NCBI GenBank assembly: GCA_950097015.1
Contig: CATNEN010000014.1
Location: 62,001 to 126,000, forward strand
Reading direction: 5' to 3'
Source of the DNA: Macrostomum hystrix
Taxonomy: Eukaryota; Animalia; Platyhelminthes
Length of the DNA: 64,000 nt
The stretch's first letter is position 1, and every line of letters begins with the position of its first letter. This document shows, piece by piece, positions 11,526 through 23,700 of the stretch. Under the pieces are notes generated by a model. The model did no database searches and had not been told where the DNA came from. It was given only the letters and a program-made list of their open reading frames with translations. The position numbers and the translations under genes were made by a program.

Positions 11526-13193
11526 TTCATTTTTGCATCCAAATAGACACTGCCAGCATTCAATTTAACACCAAGTGGCAGAACGCATGCGCTGCAGTCG
11601 CTGCTGCCTCATGTCTGTGGCCAAAATTGTGGTGAAGGAGCAGCCAATTTAACACTCGGGGCACCAATTTCGTATTTTTGAATTGCGCTGCTTAAAATCT
11701 CACTGCCATGAGCGATCAGGAGCTTCTGTCTGATGACGAATCAAGCCGCCAAAGCTACGAAACTGCTCCAGATGAACAGGGAGATGGACTGCGCCGAGGA
11801 CCGTACGATAGAATAAGCGATGAGCGGTACAATCTCGTTGTGGGTGCTTTAGAAAGAGGCGAGCGACCGGTAGATATTGCGCGCTGGCTGCAGCTCAACA
11901 AAAACACCGTCTTCTCCATTCAGAAGCGATACGAGACAACAGGACAGCGAAATCGGCGTCCGCGTGGCGGAACTCGCGGCGCAAAGCTGGGCGAGGAACA
12001 TACAGAGTGGCTGGTGCAACAGCTTGACCGGAACCCAATGATGACGCTGGCAGAGATGGCACGATCGGTACAAGGCAGATTTGAAGGTCTTCAAGTCAGC
12101 ACTGCTACAATCAGTCGAGCTTTAGACAAGCAGCTTTTCACCTTAAAATGTCTAAGCCGGGATGCCGACATTCCTGTAGCGCGCAATACTCCGGAGAATC
12201 GACTTCGAAGGCGCGAATTCGCTCAATGGCTGACCGAATTGCCACCCGATCATCACCCTGTCTTCATCGATGAAACGGGTTTCAATTTATGGACTCGAAG
12301 GTCACAAGGGCGCAGCAGACGTGGGCAACGAGTGAGAAGGGTCGTTGTCACTCAGCTAGGGGTGCAGGTGAATCTGGTACAGGCCGTGTCACCAACGGCA
12401 GGTCTTCTGCATCACAAGATTGTAGCAGCCACGATGACCGCAGAAAGATTTCAGACATTTGTGGAGGAGTTACTGGAGGTTGTAAGCAATCGGAACGACA
12501 TCGGAGACGCTGACCAGATGCAGATTGTGATGGACGGTGCTCGATTTCACGGTCGAATGCAGATTCCGGAGCAGTACGCTGCTAACTGGAGGGCCGTAAC
12601 GCTGCCTCCCTACTCGCCCTTCCTCAACCATGTAGAAAATGCGCGTTCCTGCGTGAAAGCGGCGATCAAGCGCGCGCTTTCCCAGCCTGAAGTGCAGAGA
12701 GAGCTGGACCTGCCACCTCTGGACACTCCGCTGTGGCAGTGGCGGATTCTGGTGCTGCACAGGATTGCAGAGGAGGCCACTGGTGAGGTGACTCCTGCCA
12801 AATGCGGCGGCTGGTTCAGGCAGATGCTGCGACGAGTTCCGGCCTGCTTGGCAGAGCAGCCGATTGACGACTGAATGGCGTTACGCTTTTTTTGCGAGTA
12901 ACGCCGGACACTTTCTGTGCTGCGCTGTTCCCTTTAATTGTTTGCATATTGCGTTGCATTCAACTTTTTTAATGTGTTAAACTAACGGTTTAATTAACAG
13001 TTTAATTAGTAAAAGCGTAGCTTAATAAAGAGAGTTAACACAAGGACGAAATTGGTGCCCCGAGTGTTAAATTGGCTGCTCATTCACCACACTTTTGGCC
13101 ACAGACATGAGGCAGCAGCGACTGCAGCGCATGCGTTCTGCCACTTGGTGTTAAATTGAGTGCTCGCAGTGTCTATTTGGATGCAAAAAGGAA
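11526..13193 (+). mobile_element. IS630/Tc1/mariner-superfamily DNA transposon, full length, in CAPS intron 1
   Basis: 148-bp TIRs (11526-11673 and 13046-13193, ~5 mismatches), TA on both flanks (11524-25, 13194-95), internal direct repeat caatttaacac at 11561 and 11645. Confidence 0.93.
11708..12874 (+). CDS. Intact transposase, 388 aa (HTH plus DDE_3-type catalytic domain)
   Basis: HTH DIARWLQLNKNTVFSIQKRY; catalytic motifs VFIDETGF, IVMDGARFH and LPPYSPFLNHVE; 33 residues between the second D and the E. Confidence 0.93.
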   Translation: MSDQELLSDDESSRQSYETAPDEQGDGLRRGPYDRISDERYNLVVGALERGERPVDIARWLQLNKNTVFSIQKRYETTGQRNRRPRGGTRGAKLGEEHTEWLVQQLDRNPMMTLAEMARSVQGRFEGLQVSTATISRALDKQLFTLKCLSRDADIPVARNTPENRLRRREFAQWLTELPPDHHPVFIDETGFNLWTRRSQGRSRRGQRVRRVVVTQLGVQVNLVQAVSPTAGLLHHKIVAATMTAERFQTFVEELLEVVSNRNDIGDADQMQIVMDGARFHGRMQIPEQYAANWRAVTLPPYSPFLNHVENARSCVKAAIKRALSQPEVQRELDLPPLDTPLWQWRILVLHRIAEEATGEVTPAKCGGWFRQMLRRVPACLAEQPIDD

Positions 13194-13328
13194 TATTAAT
13201 GCATGTAGGCACTACATTTACGCATGCTAATCATTTACAAAGTAAAATCTTGGAAAAGCTAAGGCGAAAGCGAAAGCTTGCATAAGCAAACTTCTAAATG
13301 TATACGTAGACGTGTTTTATTGGCATAC

Positions 13329-13769
13329 CTGGTCTAGTTGAGCTGGTAGTACCTTCAACGGCCGCCGAGCTAAGTCAGTGTGCTGCTTGGCACAGAAAGG
13401 ATAAGCTATGCAGCGTATTACTAGTGCATAAAGTAACAATCGCTCTCGCCTGTCAGCATCCTGCTCTGCATCGCTTAGGCCTATTAACGAGACAGACTGT
13501 AGGCTGAGAGACGGGCTGATTGACTTCAGCCCACCAGGAGCCTGCTGAGAATCTGCAAACGAAAAAGCTGACATGCTGGAATTCTTAAAAAAGACAGATT
13601 TTGGTGCCGATAGCTCCAGCAGTGATCGCTGTGGACTAGGCACGTGACTACCGGCTGGTGCGACTGGTGCGATTTCGAAAACGACAGGTCGGGCAAGCGT
13701 AGATTGAACTGTTTTCTGATCTTTGTCATTTTCCATGTCCTCTTGGTCCGATGATGACGAAGAAAGCAT
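13329..13769 (-). CDS. CADPS: CAPS / UNC-31, coding exon 1
   Basis: MLSSSSSDQED start (compare CAPS MLDPSSSEEE) and RLLLYALVIRCIAYPFCAKQHTDLARR. gtatgc donor after 13329; 441 nt, joins exon 2 in phase (LDQ|IRDRF). Confidence 0.92.
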
Positions 13770-16700
13770 ATTTGGCTGATGATATAAAAATGAGTTAAAC
13801 ATAGAGCTTAAAATGCTAATTTAAGTTAGCGGCTCACAAATATACTAATTTACTATACGAGCCGTACAGTTAAAATAGTTAATGACAACCAAAACGAGTA
13901 AATTTGTCCATGTGAGTCTGTAATATTGACCTAGATAAATAAACAATAGCTAGCAAATTGTATCGTACGAACCTCAAGAGTAGAAAGACAATTGGAAGGG
14001 TATTTTAAATGCCCGTATTTTTCTTTTTATTCAATTTCCTAAAATATTCAACCAATTGCCATCCAGAACACGTGCCATCCAGAACATCCAGAACACATGC
14101 AAATCCAGAACACGGGCTGACATTTTCCTCTCTATCCAATGAAAAAACTTCCAGAATCAAATAACATTGGCATCGTCGAGTTATTCAACGATTCTTGACG
14201 GGGTGTCTAGTGGCAAAAAGCGCAAAATAGGCAAATATTTTCCGCTCACAACATCTTGTCGGCTACTATGCATTGCTGACTATATTGAACATGATTGTTA
14301 TGATATAATAGAATTATATGATACAATTTTGAACCTGGTTGGATTCGCCAATAAGGTTCATACAGAGCAGTGTTATTTTTAATTGTCACCAGGTTCTTCG
14401 ACAAGAATTGCTGAATATCACTCGACAATGCTGGCTCGTAGGCTTTGAAAGTTAGTTCATCGTTAAGGGCAGAAAAATTGATTAAGATGGTGGACTTAAA
14501 AATGAAAATTAGTCATTCGGTTTGGGAGCTATTATTAAATAGGCAGTGGGTATTTGAAATACTACCGTGGTCTTTCCCCAGGAGGGAAATAGAGTGATCT
14601 TTCTACTGTTAAATATGCTCTCCCACTGCAAAGATGGCTTTGTGTGACCTGTCAAGCCTATCAGAGCAACTGCTCTATCCGCATTGCTAAGGGAGTGGCC
14701 CGCATCTCTTGGCTTGGTCCACAAAAAAATCCACAATGTCTGGATTGTGGATTGTGAATTCACAAAATCCACAATAGTCAAGCCCCAGTGGTACTAACCC
14801 GAGATACTGTGACAGCCAGCCCAGGCAACCTCAGACCACTGATCTGTTTTTCAACCTAATTGGGCTAGGCTGAGCCTCATTTCTGAGAGGACTTTTAGAT
14901 TCACTTTTAGGAGACATTTAGGAGAATGTCATACCTTATTGGTATACCCGATAGCGTACCCTTGGGGCACAAATATTAAACTTGTGATTTTCTTGCTTGC
15001 CTACAATGCTGCATGACCCAGACATGTTTTAAAAGAAGTTTTTATTTCAGATAAGCTATTTTAAGGCTTGTAACTTTGAGCAGTTTCTTTTGAAGCGCTG
15101 ACAAAGCAAAGTGAGGAAAAGTGAAAAAAAACACAAAGTAAAGCAATTACAAGGCTGCCTAGGAACCAGAGAAGATGGCTGTGTGGTACCTCTCTCCCTT
15201 GGATGCCCATTTCCTTGGTGACAATTCACAGTTCTTGCTCATTCCACTTTATTGACAACAAATTTGTACTTTGCCCTATTTAAATATAATGGAAAGCACT
15301 GCCAGGCCACTCCTCTCATTCCCTCTCCTACTCACCTTGCAGCTCAAAAACTTTGTGGGACTTCATGGTCTTCTAAGCTGACAGGCAAAAAGAAAATAAT
15401 GAAACATCAATTGCTTCACTACAGTGCCACAATAGATTTCAGCAGGTAATTAAAAGAAGTAAAATGCATCTATACCATGACTATATTAAAAAATAACATT
15501 ACAAACAAATTTCTGACCTAAGAAGAGTCACTAGCAATGCAATATAATAAACCTGGTATATTCTTATACTAGCTAGGACCCATACCCTATGATTTAGCTG
15601 GGCCTAAAGCTACTTGAGCTAATCAATAGCTAGTTTTTAGCAAATGGCTTACTAGCTAACTGAATTCTAGACAGGGCAGTATTCACAGTAATTAAGGGAT
15701 GAAATAAAAAAATTAGTTCACTGAAGGTCTCCTGCTTAACAGAGAAATACTAAGCTTGACAGATACTATGATGAAAAAATCTAATATATAACTAATTAAA
15801 GTAACTAATATTATTATTTAGAAATTACAATAAACATCAAATGTGTTGCATATGAAGAATCAAGGCTAAAAGATTATAAAGACAATTTACCAGGCTAAAT
15901 ATGAGTCTAGTTAAAGTAATTTTTTGAAACAAAATAAATCTACACCTTATATCGAAAACTTAATTTTTCTATCATTAATAATAGGATCTATTATTAAGAT
16001 ACTTTAATGTAAGGCAAACCATAAAGGTTATATATTAGAAATAAAAACTTGCTAGAGACTATGATCAGTCATGAGGCCGATTATGTAATAGAGGTGATGT
16101 TTGTGTGAGTGTGTACTAAAAGCCATATTTTCCTATAAAATGTGAACAATTGAAAATGCATGAAAAAAATAGCTAGGCAAAAGCCTAAACATAAAAGCCA
16201 GTCTCCACGAGACTCGAATAAGAACTTTTACTTTACTTGACAGACAATAATATGGGACGAAATGAGAATTTTTTGTTTGCAAGTCTCCAAGAGCATCGCC
16301 TTGCTAAGAGGCAAGGTGATAGCTACTTTATTTAATTCACTAACATATTTAAGACGGACTAGTCCATAGAAAATTAGACGAATAATTTGTTCAGTTGTAA
16401 TTATTAGATTTACTAGAGACAATCTTGGTTTAGGAACTTATGATAGATGATGGACAATAATTAAAAACCTTTGCAGGCGTCGAAAATTTCAAAACCCTTC
16501 ACAGAAAAAATTAAATTACACAGAAATAGATTCAAAACTTAAAAAAAATTCTTCATTTATTCACAATTTGATGCGTGATAAAGTACTTGAAAATCAATAA
16601 AAGCTCGGTTGATAAAATTTGTTTAAATGTAAGAACTGCAGACTTTTTACGCTCTAAGATGTCCAAATATGTTCACAGTGTACTTTTGGCGCAATTCGTT

Positions 16701-17007
16701 CAAAAAAGAAACAATTTGTAGAGCAAAAACTTTAAAATCTGAAACTCTTCGTCTTTCTTCAACGCTTTTAAGCGCGCACTAATGCCAGACATTTCCGCAC
16801 GCAAAAGCGTTGTATTTTCCGTCCAATAATACGTGGAAAAATGGCCATAGACAACTCACGCGAAATTACCGCTCGTTTTTTACAATACGATGCAATTCAC
16901 TGAAGAGAGAGACGATCAGGGGGAGTTGAGACAAACCAAGTAGGACGTATCATAGAGGACGAGTGAATTCTTAAATTTTATTCTTAAATATTAAATTAAA
17001 ATCTTAA

Positions 17008-17824
17008 ATGAGTCCTACGCGACAAATGGATTTGAGCCTTTTCCCAGACGGAATGATCAGTGGTTTAACCATTGACGAAATATCAAACGCGCTGGAATGG
17101 CAGGAGATTGAGAAGCTGGTGACGGAACAATTTACCGTTGATACTGCAGACGGTCCGGAAATTGGAGAGATGGAGGCAATCTTCGCTGAAGCGCAGTCTC
17201 AACTAGAGGAACGTCTGCAGCATCTAGAGACAGTAGTGAAGCCCGATCGGTGGTACAAAAAAAGCACGATGCGCAGTATTTGAAGATGTTTAGCGAGTTT
17301 CGTGAAAAAATATCTGCAGGTGCAACTTGACGAGTCTATTTGCGATAAAAGAACACTAAAAAATACATTGCGGTATTTTTATGCCAGTCTGGAGCGCCGC
17401 GATGGTGGCACTTATTCGCAGTCAACCCTCGTATGTATTCGTGCAGCAATCTTCCGCCATTTCATGAAGCTTCGGGCTATCAATATCATTGAGTTCTACA
17501 CCGCCAACCAAACTCTGAAGTCGTTGTGAAAGAAGTTCTTCCGCGATGGTGGCTCTGTGAAGCACTATGAAGCAATCGACTTCATTGATCTGCGGCAGCT
17601 TGGGGCGTACTTTAACCGTAAGACGCCCACGTGATTTCTCCATGAACTGTTCTACAGCATCGTCTTCTACTTTTGGCACTCGTGGGCGAGAGTGGAGTCG
17701 TGGATTGACAAGCGACAGCTTCGTCATTGAATCTGCTGCCGATGGGTGTGACGTCGTACGGCTTCGTGAATTTTGTATGAAAAACGTTGTCAAGGATCTC
17801 GGGCGCAATGCTTGCGACAAATGA
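17008..17824 (+). pseudogene. Crypton-type tyrosine recombinase (DUF3504-like) remnant 1
   Basis: LRYFYASLERRDGGTYSQSTLVCIRAAIFRHF, KHYEAIDFIDLRQLGAYF and FGTRGRE, with stops and frameshifts. Confidence 0.75.
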
Positions 17825-18947
17825 CGCAGTCATGGGTAGCGTGCGCAGTGCTCCTTAAAAGTGCCCAGTAGAGTGTTTGAAGCTCTATCTTAAGAAAAGG
17901 GCAGAGTCTATACTAAGCACGAGGCTAACTAACTTATTTGGTTCTTTGATAGCTATTAACATTTCCTAGACTATCATAACCATCGATCAATACCATCAAA
18001 ACCATCAAATCGCACGCATTGTTCATTAACCGCACACTTTTCTTGTAACTCTGAATAGTTACACCATAACTATAAAATACAATGAATGAAATTTAAGCAG
18101 GATGATAATGCAAACTTTACTATGCCAGATCTTAAATGATAAATATAGTCTATGCTAGAGCAAGCATTGATTTATCCAGCTGGTAAATTAACAATTTATG
18201 GATGTAAATCACATTTTCGATTGATTTCTGTTTTGCGCTTTATCAACGATCAAATTTTTCCCGAAATTTGTTTTGATTCTGTTGCAAGTGCAAAGTGCAA
18301 AGCAGTACTTATGTAGGTCATATTAGCAATCACTGTACATCCTTTGGTTTAGCTATGCAAAAATCTTGGACCGGTGCTATATCTGATTTTTTGTTTTATT
18401 ATAATGCTGAAACTTTTCCTCAAGTAATATCTATTCGCTCTGCTTAGTTTAAGCGACTGTTTTGCAACGTTTTCTTTTCGCGAAAACTTGTTTTAATGGG
18501 AATGAGAAATAACACTGAGCTGCGGTGCGTGTTCAGCTTTGTCAAGTTTATGCAAGAGTCTGGATCAAAAAAACTTTTGACTGACTGACTCTGTTTTGTA
18601 TGCACAAAAAATTATTAATGGCTTTCAAGTTTCATTTAAGCTTACTCTATTACTCACCATTGAATCATTTCATTAAATTTTCAAGTCGACGACTACGAGT
18701 AATTGTTGCTGCTGCAACTGTTGCTGCTGCTGTATATACCTATATCTTCTGTAACTATTAAGTGCAAGATAAAAAATTTCGTGATAAAGTAAAGTAAAAA
18801 CTGGCACGGTATCGCCAAAATAAATTTCACTAGTTCAATTTTAACGGTTGGATTTTCGTCCCTTTCGCACTTTCACTTCTTTTAATTGCTCGTATGACAA
18901 AAAGCTCAATTATGTCTATAAACTTGGAAATTTAATCAATCTTACAG

Positions 18948-20210
18948 CCTGCGTCTTATGCCCGTGCCAGCTGCCATGTCTGCAAAAAGGGCTTCAGCGG
19001 CCAGGCACATTCGCATGGTGAGTGCTTTTCGCCCGAACAACTATTGATCTCACAGAAAATCCACCAGATTTCTGGATTATTACCTTCCTCGAGGACGCGT
19101 AAACTTTATAGAGTTCGTTTCGACTCACACGCAGTTAAAAAGTGTTGGCAGACTAGCTCTAACTCAGTTAAGCTATTTGATAGCTCAGTTGAGGCTGCCA
19201 ATCTTATTGCCTATTTGAAAAGATTGGCACAGCTTTCCTTTTGTTGAGAACTTGCATTCATCTCAAGGTAAAATTCGCACCAAAAACCAAAAACCGTCAA
19301 TTATGGAACCAGCCATAATGAAGTTACGAAGCTATTTCCGAGGACGACATGCAAACAATCCGCGCATACTTTGACCGAACGTCCCTTCGTAAACTGCAGG
19401 ACGAAAACATTTTCAACGTCCTGCTCCATTTCGCACTGCGAGGCCGAGAAAATCTGAGAGAGTTGATACCTGGATGTTTTGAGATAGTGTCAGAAGGAGG
19501 TACGGAGTTTGTACGCGTCGCTGTCGCCATGCTGTGAAAAAATGTTAAAGCGTCGTTGAACGAGAAGGCATTCAAGGATCTCAAGTTAGCTCGGATGTAC
19601 AGCGTGCAAGACAAAGCTGTTTGTCCCGTCGAAGCCTTTAAAATGTACGTCTCTCAACTACCGAATGGATGTGAGGTGTTGTTCCCAAGGCTCAATAAGT
19701 CTGGCTTCTCAGCCTGCCAACGACTAGGCAAAGATTCACTTGGAGACTTCATGAAGAATATCAGTGCGTGTCTGGCTCTGCAGCGGAAGTACACCAACCA
19801 TTGTGTGCGAGTAACCACGGTGAGTAAAGATTGCATGGCCAACTCACTTCAGTAAAACTGTAAGAATACTGTCTTACCCAACTGCTGAAACTTAGTTGAA
19901 CTGTTTGGCCAAGGCCGGTTTTGATAATCAAGCGATTACACTAATGACGGGACACAAGAATTCGAGCTCAGTGGATGTATACAAGCGGCGAGACATAGAC
20001 TGTGTGGCCCGAATGAGCGCTTGTCTGGCTGCCTATGGGTCCAAAGTCACCAAGATTGACGACGATGCGGAGTCCACCATCGAAAGTGTGACGACTGCGT
20101 CTGATAGAGGCGAGCTGATAAAAGCACCCGAGAGCGGCCAAGTGGACCTGCCGAGAAGCCTCTGTGATGGTCAGTTCCCCAACTGCACGTTCAACTTTTA
20201 CGCAACATAA
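18948..20210 (+). pseudogene. Crypton-type tyrosine recombinase remnant 2, intron-containing
   Basis: FALRGRENLREL (catalytic R), CPVEAFKMY, YTNHCVRVTT (HxxR), a GT-AG intron at 19820-19895, then LAKAGF...TGHK...VYKR (H and Y). In-frame TGA at 19535-19537. A probable upstream exon lies at 18948-19017. Confidence 0.85.
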
Positions 20211-20779
20211 AACAAGTGATTCGATCGGTTTGTTCCTACGAACTTTTTGTGACTATGAAACACTTTCGCCGTGTTGCTATCGTTGTTCCTTGTTTTGATA
20301 GCCAAATACATATTCGTCTGAAATCCGGCAACAATCGAAAAAGCCGGCAAACAATTAAATTGTTACTGCAAGTATGAATGCCGGAAACCATAGACAAAAG
20401 GGTACAATATCGTTTGATGAAGAGACTGCATCTGAGGCAAGTCTCAAACTATAAGCTAAAGAGTTTAATGAGTGGTATGCTCGAATTCTGTCCAACTTGA
20501 TGTCGAAAGTCGACAGATTTCAATCTTTGGGCAGTAATTGGCAATTCTAAGGAATTGACCAGCTTGACTAGATTTTGTGTTTATCGCAAAACAACTTCCA
20601 AGCTCAAGAAATCAGACTGGAGCTCGCGGTGGCGAGGGAGGCGTGGCGGATGCTGTGGGCGGCGGAGGCGGTGGCGCTGGAGCATCCAGGCCCGACCCAA
20701 ACCCTACACGTCCCGCGAGTGTTCAAGGCTGATCCTAGGGCAGTCGGACAGAATGGGCTACAGCGCTGGATGACCCATC

Positions 20780-23700
20780 CAGGGCCTCTGGCCAAACTGG
20801 GTACCTCTAGCTCTGGCTGGAGGGAAAGGTGTCACCCTTTGACTTTAACAGGGAATGCGGCCAGTCCGCAGCGTTCGTGCACCTGTGCGTGATCAGGTAC
20901 CTCTGGCTACGGCTGGTGGAACTGGTGATACCCTTCGACCTCAACAGGGCACGCAGCCAGTCTGCGGGCTTGGCACTGCTCTAGGTTCCTCTTATGCCTA
21001 AGGTCTCACCGCGCTGAGGGGCTGAAAGGTCCAGCGGGGGTATATCCGGCCTTTAGCGGTTTTTATTTTTCATTTACAGTTTTTCTTTCATTCCACCGAC
21101 CTATGGAGTCTAACTTTAGCTCCAGCACGTCCCAGGACCCTGCTGAAACGCTAACCCCGGTCAGCGACACAGATCCTCAGGACCAGCGCCAGGTGTCAGG
21201 AAGACACCAGAGCGGCTGGATCTAAGAGCAAAAGCTCCCCTGCCACGCAGGCCCGCAGCTTCGCCCGCTTCCAGGAATTCTGGCGGCACAAACAGAAAGC
21301 ACGGTTGGCTGCGAAATCCGCGCCAACCACCGCCTCTGAGGAGGGGGCCGGCAACTCTGCGAACATCGCGGAGGAACCGGCACCCACCAAGGAGGCGGAC
21401 TCCTCGCATCGTCCGGGAAACCCGGAAACGCAGAAAAGTGCCGCCCAGGCTTCTGGGGCGTCCGGTTCCTCTCGTGGCGGAACCTCTCACAGTCGTCCGG
21501 AAACTCCGACGACTGCTGGGGGGCCCGTTGCGGGAGGCGCTAGCCAAACCACAAAGCCAAAGCGCACTTACGCTGCTATGGCAAAGAGGCAACCGGCCTT
21601 GGTTATCCGAGGTCAGGAGACGCCCCTCTCGACAGCGCAACTCGACCAGATTTGGCGCAGATTGGATTCCCATCTGGTCATACTGGCACTGAGCGGCACT
21701 GTGCTGCACGTCCTGAAGACCGACATCCAGGACCAATAATAATAAATAATAATACTTGTAATTGCAGGAGGGCTGCGGGCAATGGCACATCATTTAGTGA
21801 CACTAGACCCGCAACCAGCGAGGAGGAAATTCTACCCATTTCGCTGACTCCTGAGCAGACACGCACACAGATACTGTACGCAGGCATACGCTCACACAGG
21901 TGCGTACATCTGCCTGGAGGTTGGCCCACAAGGGCGTAAATTGCACGACAAGCCCTCAAGCCTTCTCTCCGCGGCTGCGCCCCAAATAAATGTGGCCTCG
22001 CCGTGGAATCAAACTTAGGGACCGTGGTGCGAGAGGCAAACGCGTTAACCGCTCTGCCACCGACCCCATCCAGGACCAAGCCCTCATTGTCCAGCCTGCC
22101 GACAACCAGTCCGGACAGCAACTCGTCGTGATCTAGAGATCGAAGGCAACCTGTTTATCTACAGGGAGGACGAGCGCCCCAGACACACCGTCATCGTGTT
22201 TGGATCCCAGCTCGCAGCGCCATCACGAACGCCGGAGAACTGCGCCGCCTGCTGTTGGCAATCCACCCGGATCTTCCAGCTAACGGTGTCGTGGTTCATG
22301 AAACCATCACCAGACCTGGTGGAGATGGTTTCACGGCCATTCTAGGACTGTCGGACAGCTGGATGCTCCGCTGCCCAGACATGTCCTACATCAGTGCAGG
22401 TCTTACGAATTCGGATCTTCAGCTTCGAGTCCGACGCCACTCGCCCGCCGCCCGCCGGAAAAGCGGAAATGGACGAATCAGAGCTCTGCCGGGCCCCTGC
22501 GCCCTGGAACACAGACTCCTGACCGTCACGACCACTCCGAGGATGCGGACCCTATCAGGGGCAAAGCCGCGAGAGCCGCAGCGACAGGCGGACGTGGTAA
22601 GGGCCGGAAACCCGCCCGCAGCACCATCCGCACTGGCCTGACTCAGCGCACCAAACAGCTGCCGGACCCCAACAGAGGACGCCACCGCAGCACCCCCCGG
22701 CCCAATGTCTCATCGGACCCCCCGGCGGAAAACCGGGCTGAGGATACGGACGCCGCTATTGCGGCAGCCCCGGCCTCGGCTCTGGATCCGATTCAGGAGG
22801 AACCGATGGAGCTCGGGCAAAAACCCCGGCGAGGACGAGGAATCTCTCCTGAACAACTCGCCGTAGGTCAGCAGGCAGCCGCACGGACCGCCCTTCTGGG
22901 GTGAGCTTCCTGCAGCTAAACCTGCACCACTGCATCGCGGACTCGACCAACCTGGTGCATGTGGTGGATTTTGTAAAACCGGGCATCATCCTCCTCCAGG
23001 AGCCCTGGACAAAGAAAGGTAAGATTCCGAACATTCCTGCAGGTTTTGACTGTTTTTTCATGCCCCAAAACCCCAGGGCTAAGAAAGGTAAGATTCCGAA
23101 CATTCCTGCAGGTTTTGACTGTTTTTTCAAGCCCCAAAACCCCAGGGCTGCTGTGTTCGCGACTACCGATCTCAAAGCTTGGCATAGACCAGACCTCTCT
23201 GACAAAGACCTCTGTGTTATTCAAATCAACCACATTCTCCCGAACCGCACCGTCATCATCGCCTCTATCTACATTCCTGGTGACGGTCCTGCGGTTCCGC
23301 TCAGTCTCACTTCCCTCGTGGACTACTGCTCAGAACGTGACTTTGAGCTGCTGGTGGCGGGCGACATTAACGCCCACCACACCCACTGGGGCAGTATTAA
23401 TTTCATCTGCAGAGGCAAGGATCTACATGCCTACATCTGCATGCACCACCAAGATTGAGTTCTGCAACTCGGGTGGCACACCCACCTACGACAATGGGCG
23501 ATGGACGGAGGTGCTTGACGCCACCCTCGCCTGATCGCCTGATCCCTCTGATCAGGGACTGGCAGGTGTGGGACGAAGAAGAATCTCTGTCTGACCATCG
23601 CTTCATTCGCTTCCGGTTGCAAAGCTCTTACTCCAAGCATGGTATTCTGTGGAAAAGGAACGCCCGGAATACTGACTGGACGGCCTTTGCGGAATCCGTG

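Noticed and set aside
14058-14118. Four atccagaaca repeats about 300 bp upstream of the CAPS ATG as a regulatory element
   Set aside because: A short local duplication; nothing in the sequence supports a function.
20411-20455. Second hammerhead (ttgatga, gagact/agtctc stem, aaac)
   Set aside because: Core C3 and G12 are missing and there is no cleavage triplet or stem I; at best a dead relic.
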